A DNA stretch of 64,000 nt from Jiulongibacter sp. (GTDB taxonomy: Bacteria; Bacteroidota; Bacteroidia; Cytophagales; Spirosomataceae): NCBI GenBank assembly GCA_024645245.1, contig JAHEBN010000004.1:5184-69183 (forward strand), written 5' to 3'. The position numbers were made by a program, and so were the translations under genes. Below are positions 18,204-28,238 of the stretch, piece after piece; position 1 is the stretch's first letter; each line of letters starts with the position of its first letter. The notes beneath the pieces are model-generated. The model worked only from the letters and a program-made list of their open reading frames with translations. It was not told where the DNA came from and searched no databases.

Positions 18204-18320
18204 AGATTATACATTTAATATTGCCTTATATCAGCTGCGAAATTCTGTTTTACTATCATCAATAACTAAGTTGTAATGTTAAGAAATTGTTAAGTTTTCG
18301 GAATGGGATATTCATTTTAA

Positions 18321-19856
18321 TTATAATAACACATTTCCACTCATATCTGCAGGAATATCAATACCCATTATTTGCAAAATAGTTGGAGCCACATCACCTA
18401 GTTTGCCGGATTTAGGTTGGTCTTTATATTCGGGGTCAATAATAATAAATGGCACCAGATTAAGTGAGTGAGCTGTATTTACAGTTTTATCATCATTTAT
18501 CATGTAGTCTGCATTACCATGATCGGCAATAACTATGGAGCTGTAACCATTTGCCAATCCCGTCTCAACCACATCTTTCAGGCAGGCATCTACTGTTTCA
18601 ACCGCGGTTTTTACGGCCTCAAATACTCCGGTATGGCCTACCATATCCGGATTGGCAAAATTAACGACCATAAAATCAGCATCTCCCTTTTTTAAAGCTG
18701 CCACCACACCATCCCGAATGTCTCTCGCGGCCATTTCAGGTTTCAAATCGTAGGTTGCCACATCTTTTGGCGAAGGTGCCAAAATTCTGCTTTCGCCTTT
18801 AAATTCTTTTTCACGACCACCAGAAAAGAAAAACGTTACATGCGGATATTTCTCAGTTTCTGCGGCACGAATTTGTTCTTTTCCTGCATTTTCTAAAACT
18901 TCGCCGAGGGTATTTTCCAGGTTATCTTTATCGTAAATTACGTGAACATTTTTGTAGGTACTGTCATAATTAGTCATGGTTAAATAATAAAGTTCCAGGG
19001 CTTTCATTTCTTGCTCCGGATGATCCTTTTGGGTGAGCACTTCCGTAATTTCCCGACCACGATCTGTACGGAAATTAAAACACATCACCACGTCACCTTC
19101 TTCAATCAGTGCAACCGGCTTATCATTATTCTGTACGATGATGGGTTTCATGAATTCGTCCGTAACACCATCATTATAAGCATCTTGTATAGCAGATAAA
19201 ATGCCGCCATTCGAAACATATTTCTCCCCGACACCTTTTACCATGGCATCGTAAGCCAATTTTACCCGATCCCACCTTTTATCGCGATCCATGGCGAAGT
19301 AACGACCAGTTATTGAAGCCAGACCGGCTCCTGTTGTTGCCATATGCAATTGTAAATCTGCTATGAAGTCTTTCCCAGATTTAGGGTCTGTATCCCGTCC
19401 ATCCAGAAAAGCATGCACATATACATCCTTACAGCCCGCTTCGGAAGCAATTGAGCACAAGCCTTTCACGTGATCAATGTGTGAGTGTACGCCTCCATCG
19501 GAAACGAGCCCAATAAAATGTACTTTTTTGTTATTGCTTTTGGCATAGGCCAAGGCCTTCTGTAAAACCAGCTCTTTTGCCAGACTTCCGTCTTCCAATT
19601 TTACGTTAATTTTCTCCAATTCCTGGTAAACTATCCGACCTGCTCCCAGATTCATGTGGCCAACTTCAGAGTTACCCATTTGTCCATTAGGCAAACCAAC
19701 AGCCCTTCCACTGGCTTCAAGCGTACTGTTTGGATAGCTTGCCATTAAGTGCCTGAAATAGGGCACATTTGACGCTTCTATCGCTGATCTCCATTCTTCA
19801 CCATGTTTGGGTATTCCCCAGCCATCCAGAATTACTAATATTACTTTCTTATTCAA
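18321..19856 (-). CDS. gpmI: 2,3-bisphosphoglycerate-independent phosphoglycerate mutase
   Basis: 511 aa. Motifs: VILVILDGWG, GNSEVGHMNLGAGR, SDGGVHSH, ADHGNAD. Confidence 0.95.
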   Translation of the reverse strand: MNKKVILVILDGWGIPKHGEEWRSAIEASNVPYFRHLMASYPNSTLEASGRAVGLPNGQMGNSEVGHMNLGAGRIVYQELEKINVKLEDGSLAKELVLQKALAYAKSNNKKVHFIGLVSDGGVHSHIDHVKGLCSIASEAGCKDVYVHAFLDGRDTDPKSGKDFIADLQLHMATTGAGLASITGRYFAMDRDKRWDRVKLAYDAMVKGVGEKYVSNGGILSAIQDAYNDGVTDEFMKPIIVQNNDKPVALIEEGDVVMCFNFRTDRGREITEVLTQKDHPEQEMKALELYYLTMTNYDSTYKNVHVIYDKDNLENTLGEVLENAGKEQIRAAETEKYPHVTFFFSGGREKEFKGESRILAPSPKDVATYDLKPEMAARDIRDGVVAALKKGDADFMVVNFANPDMVGHTGVFEAVKTAVETVDACLKDVVETGLANGYSSIVIADHGNADYMINDDKTVNTAHSLNLVPFIIIDPEYKDQPKSGKLGDVAPTILQIMGIDIPADMSGNVLL

Positions 19857-19887
19857 TTTTTCAAATGTTTAAAATTCTTAACCTTAT

Positions 19888-21126
19888 TTAGTTTTGCGAA
19901 TAATATTTCAAAGTATTCGAATTTTCCTTTTTCAATATTTTACCCGCCTCTTCCATTAAACCTTCCTTATTTATGGATTCTATCAATTGGGCATCGCGAT
20001 TGCAGTAATCAGGATCGCCAGCATTAGAGGCAAACGCAAGATTCATTGCCCTGTTTAAAAGTTCAACCTCTCCAAATAACATAGACGATTCTGATTGATT
20101 TTTTACTTTTTCCAATTCCTGTTCTGAAATGCCTTCTTTGCAAAAATCATCTAATACTTCATCCAAAGCTTCGATTCCTTCTTTCATATCTACACCTTGA
20201 TTTAAATTTCCCTGAATTACCAGTAATCCGGGATCAAGAGTAGCTGTAATATAAGCATTTATATTGTTAAAGAGTTGCTTTTCCTTTACCAGTTTTTCAT
20301 TTAGCCGGGCGGATTTACTACGTCCCAAAATATCACTTACTAAATCAGCTTCGTGAAACTTATTCTGATATCGCCCTTGCATATGATAAGTGCGATAAAC
20401 AGCATTCAGAGGTACTTTTGAACTGGTTTCATGTTCTCTGAAGTTCATTTGAGCTGGTTCGACAGGTAAATTGCGGCTTTTTACTTTGCCGGAAGGAATA
20501 TCACCAAACCATTTTTTAGCTAACCTTTCCACTTCTTTTAATTCCACATTTCCGGCTATAACCAAATTGGCATTATTCGGTAAATAATGGCTGAAAAAAA
20601 AGTCTTTCACGTCAGTCATAGTTGCTTCCTCAATATGCCTGATCTCTTTACCAATTGTAGCCCAACGATAGGGGTGAACCTGATAAGAAAGGGGTAATAA
20701 TTTTAGCCATACATCACCATAAGGTTGATTGAGGTAACGCTGTTTGAATTCTTCGATTACTACTTTTTGTTGAACCTCCAGCACTTTTGGGTCGAAAGAT
20801 AGACTTAACATCCTATCTGATTCCAGCCAAAAAGCTGTTTCCAGATTTTCTACCGGAAGGGTAATGTAGTAATTGGTGATGTCGGAAGAAGTAAAGGCAT
20901 TGTTTTGCCCACCCACCTTTTGTAAAGGTTCATCGTAACTCGGGATGTTTACTGAGCCGCCAAACATAAGGTGTTCAAATAAATGAGCAAAACCGGTTTT
21001 GTTTTCATCCTCATCTTTCGAACCCACATTATAGATCAGATTAAAAACTGCCATGGGTGTAGTTTTATCCTCATGCAGGTACACATTCAGGCCATTAGAA
21101 AGTTGAAAATGTTCGTATGAAATCAT
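19888..21126 (-). CDS. M16 family (pitrilysin/insulinase-like) zinc peptidase
   Basis: It has the inverted zinc motif HLFEHLMFGGS (HxxEH) and is 412 aa. Confidence 0.88.
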   Translation of the reverse strand: MISYEHFQLSNGLNVYLHEDKTTPMAVFNLIYNVGSKDEDENKTGFAHLFEHLMFGGSVNIPSYDEPLQKVGGQNNAFTSSDITNYYITLPVENLETAFWLESDRMLSLSFDPKVLEVQQKVVIEEFKQRYLNQPYGDVWLKLLPLSYQVHPYRWATIGKEIRHIEEATMTDVKDFFFSHYLPNNANLVIAGNVELKEVERLAKKWFGDIPSGKVKSRNLPVEPAQMNFREHETSSKVPLNAVYRTYHMQGRYQNKFHEADLVSDILGRSKSARLNEKLVKEKQLFNNINAYITATLDPGLLVIQGNLNQGVDMKEGIEALDEVLDDFCKEGISEQELEKVKNQSESSMLFGEVELLNRAMNLAFASNAGDPDYCNRDAQLIESINKEGLMEEAGKILKKENSNTLKYYSQN

Positions 21127-21225
21127 TCATGGGTAATTGAGATGCAAAATTAACAAGGTCTTTTGTTATTTCACCACAGAATCCAGATTTGTAATACTTT
21201 TCTTTTTGAGGTATACAATTTATTA

Positions 21226-22506
21226 TCAGGGTCGAAGCATTTTTTTAATTTTTTTTATAGACTTTTGAATGGCATCTGCCTCAACGTAACCTGTATGACG
21301 TGCCGAGTCTATCAATTTTAGTTTTCCGTGTATATCAAATTTTTCGGTTTCGATTATATTTCGCACAGTTTTCGCCTTTTCCGGGTTATCATATTGCAAT
21401 ACGATATAGTCAGCAATTAAGCCAGACAATTGATCAATCAGGGTATAAGCGGCAGAATTGGTTTCCAACAAGCCAAGGGTAAAGATATTATCGGTCTTTG
21501 GGTTAAAAACGTTAAGATTGGTCACTGGCCGTTCATTTAACCAATCAAAATATTGACTTGCATAGGGTATGTGAAAATGATAACCGGTAGCCAGGATAAT
21601 TTCATCAAATTCATGCCTTTTGCCATCGTTGAAAAAGACGGTATAATTTTCTATATTCTGTAAATCTCCCACAACTTTTAAATTGCCGTGTGTAACATGA
21701 TGAATCACCTGGGAGTTTAACAGCGGGTGGCTTTCAAAAAGCTTGTGGTCGGGTTTTGGAAGTCCGTATTTAGTTTGATCCCCCACAATTAGTTTCAATA
21801 ACCAGCCAAATACTTTTTGTTGAATAAACATGGGGATTTTTGGGCCTTCATGAGCAAATACATCAGCCGGTTGGCCAAAAATATGTTTGGGTAAAAAATG
21901 ATATCCACGTCGCATACTTAACCAGACTTCATCGGCATAAACTGCTGCTTCACAGGCAATGTCAACAGCCGAGTTACCGCCGCCAACTATTAAGACTTTC
22001 TTATTTTTAAATTCTTCTGATTTCTTAAAAGTTTGAGAATGTCTGATAGTTCCAGAAAATGATCCGGGCAATTTTGGAATATTCGCATGCCATTGACCGC
22101 CTGTAGCACATATGACCGAATCAGCTAAATAGACATTTTTGTTAGTCTTAATTTGCCAAAATCCATCTTTAGTCTTTTCTACAAATTTTACCTCTTCATT
22201 AAATTTGATGTTTGGGTAAAGGTTTTCCTTTTGTGCAAAAGACCGTATGTAATCAAGGATTTGTTTTTGATTGGGGTAGTCAGGGTATTCGTCAGGCATT
22301 GGAAAACCCGGAAATCCACTTAAAGTTTTAGAAGATATAAAATGTGCTGCTTCATACATGGGTGTTCCGGGATTTTTCATATCCCATATCCCGCCTGTGT
22401 CGCTGTATTTCTCCAAAATAAAAAAATCCAGGTCATGTTTTCGAAGATTTTTGGCCATGGTAAGTCCTGCAGGACCAGCTCCTACAATGCATATTGGGTA
22501 TTTCAT
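21226..22506 (-). CDS. class B flavin-containing monooxygenase
   Basis: It has the FAD site GAGPAGL, the FMO-identifying motif FSGTIRHSQTF (FxGxxxHxxxF) and the NADPH site GGGNSAVD. Confidence 0.85.
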   Translation of the reverse strand: MKYPICIVGAGPAGLTMAKNLRKHDLDFFILEKYSDTGGIWDMKNPGTPMYEAAHFISSKTLSGFPGFPMPDEYPDYPNQKQILDYIRSFAQKENLYPNIKFNEEVKFVEKTKDGFWQIKTNKNVYLADSVICATGGQWHANIPKLPGSFSGTIRHSQTFKKSEEFKNKKVLIVGGGNSAVDIACEAAVYADEVWLSMRRGYHFLPKHIFGQPADVFAHEGPKIPMFIQQKVFGWLLKLIVGDQTKYGLPKPDHKLFESHPLLNSQVIHHVTHGNLKVVGDLQNIENYTVFFNDGKRHEFDEIILATGYHFHIPYASQYFDWLNERPVTNLNVFNPKTDNIFTLGLLETNSAAYTLIDQLSGLIADYIVLQYDNPEKAKTVRNIIETEKFDIHGKLKLIDSARHTGYVEADAIQKSIKKIKKMLRP

Positions 22507-22652
22507 GGGTCAGGTGTTTTAGATTCAATTTCATTCTAAAATAAATGATATCCAAATAAATATTGTTGTTGGTTTTTCTCGGTATTATTTTAATGAAATA
22601 TTCGATCGGAAATGCTTAATTTGCTTGGAATAAACCTTAAATCTAATAAATT

Positions 22653-23444
22653 ATGGCCTTTGTAAAATTAAATAATTGCAACCTTTATTATGAACGACAT
22701 GGTAACGGAAAGGAAATAGTGTTGTTGCTTCACGGTTTACTTTGGAGTGGGAAAATGTTTCAAAAACAGGTGGAATTTTTATCTGAAAAATACACGGTTT
22801 ATACGTATGATCACCGTGGTCAAGGTGGATCCGAAGTAACAAATAGTGGGTACGATATGGATAGCTTATTTCTGGACGCTGTAGCATTTATTGAAACAAT
22901 TTGTAAAGAAGCTGTTCATTTTGGTGGTTTATCCATGGGTGGTTTTGTGGGCATGAGATTGGCCGCTCGCCGACCAGAACTTTTAAAATCGCTGATTTTA
23001 ATGGAAACATCTGCATTACCTGAGCCTTTTAAATTTAAGTATAATTTGTTAAACACAATTGTGAAAATTGCCGGTGTTGGTATGGTGAAAAAGCCGGTTA
23101 TGAAAATCATGTTTGGCGATACTTTTTTGAATGACAGCTCACGTAAAGAGGAAAGGATTTTCTGGGAAAATGAATTATTGAACAACAAAAAATCGATTAT
23201 AAAGGCTGTTCAGGGTGTAATTGATAGAAATGGCGTCGAAGATGAATTAGAAAAAATAAAATGCCCGACTTTAATTATAGTTGGTAATGAAGATAAAGCA
23301 ACAGTACCTGCGAAATCAGAATTTATACACGCTAAAATACCACACAGCGAATTGAAATACATTAAATACGGAGGGCATTCGGCTTGTTTAGAAGAGCCAT
23401 TGGCATATAACCAAGCTATTTCCGAATTTCTGGCTAAACTCTAA
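22653..23444 (+). CDS. alpha/beta hydrolase
   Basis: Motifs: HGLLWSG, nucleophile elbow GLSMGG, C-terminal GGHSACLEEP. Confidence 0.85.
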   Translation: MAFVKLNNCNLYYERHGNGKEIVLLLHGLLWSGKMFQKQVEFLSEKYTVYTYDHRGQGGSEVTNSGYDMDSLFLDAVAFIETICKEAVHFGGLSMGGFVGMRLAARRPELLKSLILMETSALPEPFKFKYNLLNTIVKIAGVGMVKKPVMKIMFGDTFLNDSSRKEERIFWENELLNNKKSIIKAVQGVIDRNGVEDELEKIKCPTLIIVGNEDKATVPAKSEFIHAKIPHSELKYIKYGGHSACLEEPLAYNQAISEFLAKL

Positions 23445-23475
23445 ACTCCTCTGGAAAATTCAGACTAAGTTCTAT

Positions 23476-23985
23476 TTACCTTCCGTAAGGAGGTGGACTC
23501 ATAAGCCCGCCCTGAGGTGGAGGTCCTGATTCACCTCTTGCCGGCGGAGGTCCATCTCTAAGAATTTCTTTAATTACTTTATCAAATAATTTTTGTTGCT
23601 CCGGTGTACAGAGTTCCCTCACTTTTCTGAAGTGCGAGTAAGTCAAACTATCTGTTGAAGCAACAAGTTTGCCTATTTCATGCAAAACCAGTTTCTTTTC
23701 TACAACCGATATATTTTCAGAAAGGCCGGCAAAAAGTTCATCTTTCAAAAGACGTATTGAATCATTATTCATTCTCATTTGGGTATGATGTTCCTCTCTT
23801 AATTCCCGAAACTTTTCCGTTTGTTCAGGACTAAATTTCAAAACTTTTTCTAAATCATTTCCTCCCGGATTTCTTTTTATCGGACCCAAATAAAGTTTGA
23901 TAAGCATTAAGCTGTTCATTAGAAGAAGGGCTCCCAAAATCCATAGCCATATATTATTTCTTGTTTTCATTACATTGAATGGCAA
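23476..23985 (-). CDS. periplasmic Spy/CpxP-like (LTxxQ-type) protein with Pro-rich tail
   Basis: It has an N-terminal TM/signal segment, FSPEQTEKFRELREEH and CTPEQQKLFDKV repeats, and the C-terminus GPPPARGESGPPPQGGLMSPPPYGR. It is the last gene of the ECF sigma operon. Confidence 0.5.
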   Translation of the reverse strand: MPFNVMKTRNNIWLWILGALLLMNSLMLIKLYLGPIKRNPGGNDLEKVLKFSPEQTEKFRELREEHHTQMRMNNDSIRLLKDELFAGLSENISVVEKKLVLHEIGKLVASTDSLTYSHFRKVRELCTPEQQKLFDKVIKEILRDGPPPARGESGPPPQGGLMSPPPYGR

Positions 23986-23994
23986 AATGCCGGT

Positions 23995-24303
23995 TTAGTA
24001 AAGTTCAATACCATATGAATTAGTTAAATTGTAATCATTTTTTATATTCTCGATCGGATTTGAATTGCTATTCTTACTTTTTATTAATTTATTAAAAGTC
24101 AGTATATTAAGCAAAATAATGACGCTAAAAGCAGGATATAAAATAGCAGGTCTAAGCATGGGTTTGATATATTTTTCCACATTACTTTCTCTTTGCATTC
24201 GGGCCCGAAGCCGGGTATAAAAGAAATCGGGAGAATCCGCCTTTTTTAAACCTGATATGGACTCCAGGGTTCTGTTTACTTCATTTTCAATTCTATCTGT
24301 CAT
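23995..24303 (-). CDS. small single-pass membrane protein, putative anti-sigma factor
   Basis: It overlaps the sigma gene stop by 11 nt. It has one TM segment (AILYPAFSVIILLNILTF). The call rests on position only. Confidence 0.4.
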   Translation of the reverse strand: MTDRIENEVNRTLESISGLKKADSPDFFYTRLRARMQRESNVEKYIKPMLRPAILYPAFSVIILLNILTFNKLIKSKNSNSNPIENIKNDYNLTNSYGIELY

Positions 24304-24871
24304 ATTCGTTTTTATAAAAGTGTTCCAATGATTTTCTTAAGTTCTGTTTTGCACGGAAAATTAAAGACTCCACCGAAGATTTAGATAGCTTCATCACCCC
24401 GGCAATTTCTTCGTAACTAAGCCCTTCCAAATTATGCAAACAATAGGCAACTTTTTGATTTTCAGCCAATTGTTCTATTTTGGAGAAAAGTACTTTTGCC
24501 CTTTCTTTATTTTCCAGAAGTATGCCCGGATGTTCGAAATCAATACTTTGGTGTACAATTTCATCGTTTTGGCCGAACAGACTCTTTACAAATGCAAATC
24601 GTTTTTGAGCCTTCTTTTTACGGATAAACTCTAAAGCTTTATTTGTGGCTATGCGGTAAATCCAGGTCGATAAGGAGGATTCACCGCGGTATTTATGTAT
24701 GGACTCAAAAATTTCCATAAACACTTCCTGTGCCAGATCTTCGGCCTCTTCGGTTTGTTGACTGATAGAAAGCACCGTATTGTAAACCCTACGCTGATAT
24801 TGCAATACCAGTGCACTGAAAGATTCCTCTTTACGCTCAACCAAGCCTTCTATGAGTAGTTTATCTTCCAA
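24293..24871 (-). CDS. RNA polymerase ECF-type sigma-70 factor
   Basis: It has a region 2 (DLAQEVFMEIF..STWIYRIATNKALEF) and a region 4 HTH (LSYEEIAGVMKLSKSSVESLIFRAKQNL). Confidence 0.9.
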   Translation of the reverse strand: MEDKLLIEGLVERKEESFSALVLQYQRRVYNTVLSISQQTEEAEDLAQEVFMEIFESIHKYRGESSLSTWIYRIATNKALEFIRKKKAQKRFAFVKSLFGQNDEIVHQSIDFEHPGILLENKERAKVLFSKIEQLAENQKVAYCLHNLEGLSYEEIAGVMKLSKSSVESLIFRAKQNLRKSLEHFYKNEYDR

Positions 24872-25020
24872 ATAGCTATTTTACTGATTATTTAGATGTA
24901 AAGTATTTATGAAACTTGCGGCTGTATTTAAATATTTTTTGGCCGGATTCATGCCCATTATCCGAACTATTCAGCTAATAAATCTATTTTTGAATTAATA
25001 TTTGAAAAAAAAAGAAATTT

Positions 25021-25506
25021 ATGGACATAAAAATAGGGCATGGATACGATGTGCATCAACTTGCCGAAGGTTATAAATTAACTTTGGGCGGTGTTGAAAT
25101 ACAACATTCAGTGGGTTCTATGGGACATTCAGATGCCGACGTATTATTACATGCTATTTGTGACGCTCTACTTGGAGCTTTGTCTTTAGGAGATATTGGC
25201 TTACATTTCAAAAATACCGACCCCCAATGGCGGGGGGCAGATAGCAAGATTTTTCTGAAAGAGGTAAATCGTATGATAAATGATAAGGGCTGGGAGGTAG
25301 GCAACATCGACTCAACCTTAATTCTTCAAGAACCAAAAATTGGAAAGTATGTTCCGGAAATGAAAAATGCAATTGCCAAATGCCTTGATATTGAACCTGA
25401 TTGCGTAAGTATTAAAGCTACAACCGCCGAAACCATGGGATTTGTAGGTCGAAAAGAGGGTTTGGAAGCACATGCCGTTTGCTTGCTTTTCCGAAAAATA
25501 GCCTGA
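25021..25506 (+). CDS. ispF: 2-C-methyl-D-erythritol 2,4-cyclodiphosphate synthase
   Basis: 161 aa. Motifs: IGHGYDVHQL, GHSDADVLLHAICDALLGA, DSTLILQEPKI. Confidence 0.95.
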   Translation: MDIKIGHGYDVHQLAEGYKLTLGGVEIQHSVGSMGHSDADVLLHAICDALLGALSLGDIGLHFKNTDPQWRGADSKIFLKEVNRMINDKGWEVGNIDSTLILQEPKIGKYVPEMKNAIAKCLDIEPDCVSIKATTAETMGFVGRKEGLEAHAVCLLFRKIA

Positions 25507-25599
25507 TTTTTCGATGTTATCAGGCAATTGGTCTATCCGTATCTGCTTTTGTGCAATCTCTGTGATCAAATTCGTTACTTTTGATAAAACCTTTTAAAT

Positions 25600-26742
25600 A
25601 TGCTGAAAAAAATATTTTTACTTTCTTTTTTGCTATCTACACAAGTTGTAATGGCTCAACAAATAGCCATAGGTGATAATAACGGTGAGGTTTCTTTTGA
25701 AGAATATACCCCCAAATCAACCTTAATTGTTGATTCGCATGTTCCGGCTCGTGCTAAATATCCTTTTATTGATGTTCATAATCATCAGTTTGGTATGAGT
25801 ACTAAGGCAAAACTGGATGAACTTACTACAAACATGGACAGCCTGAATATGGCTGTTATGGTCAATCTTAGTGGAAGAGGCTGGACCCGCGATTTCGAAG
25901 AGTCTAATAGAACTTTGGAAAGTTACGTAAATGCGGTTAAGGATAATTACCCCAATCGTTTTGTAATATTTACTAACATCGATTTTAATGGAATTAATGA
26001 TCCGGGATGGACCGAGAAAGCGGTAAAAATGTTGGAAGAAGATGTGAAAGTAAGGGGAGCTAAAGGCTTGAAAATCTATAAAAGCTTAGGCTTTAGTGTA
26101 AAAAATTCGGATGGGACCCCAACTGCAGTGGATGATGCAAGGATTGATCCTGTTTGGGCAAAAGCAGGCGAATTGGGCATTCCAGTTTTGATTCATACCG
26201 CCGATCCGGCACCTTTCTGGGATCCTTTAAATCGTTTTAATGAAAGATGGCTGGAACTTAAGACTCATCCCGGAAGAAAAAGAGAAACGGCCAATGGGGA
26301 TTATTCCTGGGAAGATTTACTTGATCAGCAGCATAATGTGTTTGCCAAGCACCCAAAAACTACTTTCATTGCTGCTCACATGGGCTGGTATCCCAATAAT
26401 TTGGGAAAACTGGACAGTCTGATGACTGCATTGCCCAATATCTACGTAGAAATCGGTGCTGTAATTGCTGAATTAGGCCGACAGCCAAGAACCGCCAATA
26501 AGTTTTTTACCAAATGGCAGGATCGCGTACTTTTTGGTAAAGACAGTTGGGTGCCTTCGGAATACGAAACCTATTTCCATGTTTTGGAAACGGAGGACGA
26601 GTATTTCCAATACCACAAAAAATACCACGCTTTCTGGCCAATGTACGGAATCGGTTTATCCGATGAGGTATTGAAAAAGCTGTATTATAAAAATGCTTTG
26701 AACATTATACCGGGTTTAGACAGGTCACTTTTCCCGAATTAA
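25600..26742 (+). CDS. secreted amidohydrolase-family metal-dependent hydrolase
   Basis: It has a signal peptide, an HxH motif (FIDVHNHQ), and later IHTAD and AAHMG motifs. Confidence 0.78.
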   Translation: MLKKIFLLSFLLSTQVVMAQQIAIGDNNGEVSFEEYTPKSTLIVDSHVPARAKYPFIDVHNHQFGMSTKAKLDELTTNMDSLNMAVMVNLSGRGWTRDFEESNRTLESYVNAVKDNYPNRFVIFTNIDFNGINDPGWTEKAVKMLEEDVKVRGAKGLKIYKSLGFSVKNSDGTPTAVDDARIDPVWAKAGELGIPVLIHTADPAPFWDPLNRFNERWLELKTHPGRKRETANGDYSWEDLLDQQHNVFAKHPKTTFIAAHMGWYPNNLGKLDSLMTALPNIYVEIGAVIAELGRQPRTANKFFTKWQDRVLFGKDSWVPSEYETYFHVLETEDEYFQYHKKYHAFWPMYGIGLSDEVLKKLYYKNALNIIPGLDRSLFPN

Positions 26743-26821
26743 ATGGAGGTAAATTAATAGTTTCTTAGGATTTAGAATTTATTTAGGTGCATATTCGTAT
26801 CAAATTCAATCCTAAAAAAAG

Positions 26822-28129
26822 ATGCTTAATAAAAACTCATTCAGGCTGATTGGATTTTCCATCAGCCTTTTTATTTGCCTTATATTTAATCAGCAAATTT
26901 TTGCACAGTCAGAACCCGAATTTCTTAATGGTGATTTATTACCAAATGCACCGGAGCTTTCAGCACGGGGTAATCATAAAGTCGGAGTAAGAACACTGGA
27001 ATTTATTCATGGCAATCAGCCCGATATATTGCATTCCAAAGGAGGAGTGGCTCCACTTTACGATCGAAACCTAAAAGTGGAAGTATGGTACCCGGCACAA
27101 ATTCCGAATGATAAAGAGGAATTGGTTACCTATAATTCAGTTTTAGGCGTGTTTTCAGATCCCGGACGGCCATTAACTCCATTTGAGTTTAAGGGAAGGG
27201 CACTGAGAGATGCAAATCCGGAAAAATCAGAACAGAAATTTCCATTGGTGCTGGTCTCTCATGGCTATCTGGGCTCTCGGTTATTACTTACTTATCTTAC
27301 TGAGAATTTGGCTTCAAAAGGCTATGTGGTGGTGGCTATTGATCACAAGGAATCCACGTATAGCGACGCCGGAGGTTTTCAAAGTACTTTATTAAACCGG
27401 GCAAAAGATATTCTTTTTATCCTGGATGAAATAAGTAAATCTTCGGTCGAGAATTCGGGAAGTTTTCTATCCGGCCTGGCCGATGCAAACAATACGGGTA
27501 TCATCGGTTATTCTATGGGCGGATATGGGGTTTTGAATGTAGCCGGAGTGGGTTACAGTCAAAAAGCCGCAGGTCTTTTTGCTTCCATGACCGAAGGAAG
27601 CAAAGAATTTGAAGTACTTACCACCGGTAATGCTGACTACGATAAAATGCGTGATTCCAGAATAAAAGCCGTGGTGGCATTTGCACCCTGGGGCATGCAA
27701 AGAGGCGTATGGGATAATGAAGGGCTAAAAGGATTAAAATTACCTACCTTATTTATTGCCGGTGATCAGGATGATATTTCCGGTTATGAAGACGGGATAA
27801 AAGCGATATATAATGGAGCCATTAATTCGGATCGTTTTTTACTAACCTATAAAAATGCCCGTCATAATATCGCTCCAAATCCTCCTCCAGCACTTACCTA
27901 TTTACCCGGAAAAGAAAAGGATTATGCCCATTATGCCGAACCCGCCTGGAACGAACGCCGCATCAATAATATCAACCAGCACTTTGTAACTGCATTTTTG
28001 GGAATCCATTTAAAGGAACTGGAATATCAAAAATTCCTGGATGTGCAGGCAAATTCCAACGAAAAGAACTGGGTAGGTTTTCCGCCCCGGTATTCTGTGG
28101 GTCTGGAGTTATTGCATGAAAAACCTTGA
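26822..28129 (+). CDS. secreted alpha/beta hydrolase (dienelactone hydrolase / PAF-acetylhydrolase-like)
   Basis: It has a signal peptide, FPLVLVSHGYLGSR, the nucleophile elbow GYSMGGYG, and a late ARHN motif. Confidence 0.72.
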   Translation: MLNKNSFRLIGFSISLFICLIFNQQIFAQSEPEFLNGDLLPNAPELSARGNHKVGVRTLEFIHGNQPDILHSKGGVAPLYDRNLKVEVWYPAQIPNDKEELVTYNSVLGVFSDPGRPLTPFEFKGRALRDANPEKSEQKFPLVLVSHGYLGSRLLLTYLTENLASKGYVVVAIDHKESTYSDAGGFQSTLLNRAKDILFILDEISKSSVENSGSFLSGLADANNTGIIGYSMGGYGVLNVAGVGYSQKAAGLFASMTEGSKEFEVLTTGNADYDKMRDSRIKAVVAFAPWGMQRGVWDNEGLKGLKLPTLFIAGDQDDISGYEDGIKAIYNGAINSDRFLLTYKNARHNIAPNPPPALTYLPGKEKDYAHYAEPAWNERRINNINQHFVTAFLGIHLKELEYQKFLDVQANSNEKNWVGFPPRYSVGLELLHEKP

Positions 28130-28238
28130 TTTTGGATTAGGAAAATAGTTTTAAGTGTAACAATGACATTTATTTATTTTACTTTTTGAGATTACGCTAT
28201 TTATCAACAATTTTACAATTCAATAAAAAATACAAACC

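Noticed and set aside
25008-25016. A9 run just upstream of ispF as a possible phase-variation tract
   Set aside because: It sits in the untranslated spacer about 5 nt before the ATG, in generally A-rich leader DNA. There is no evidence of variable length from a single sequence, and ispF is essential.
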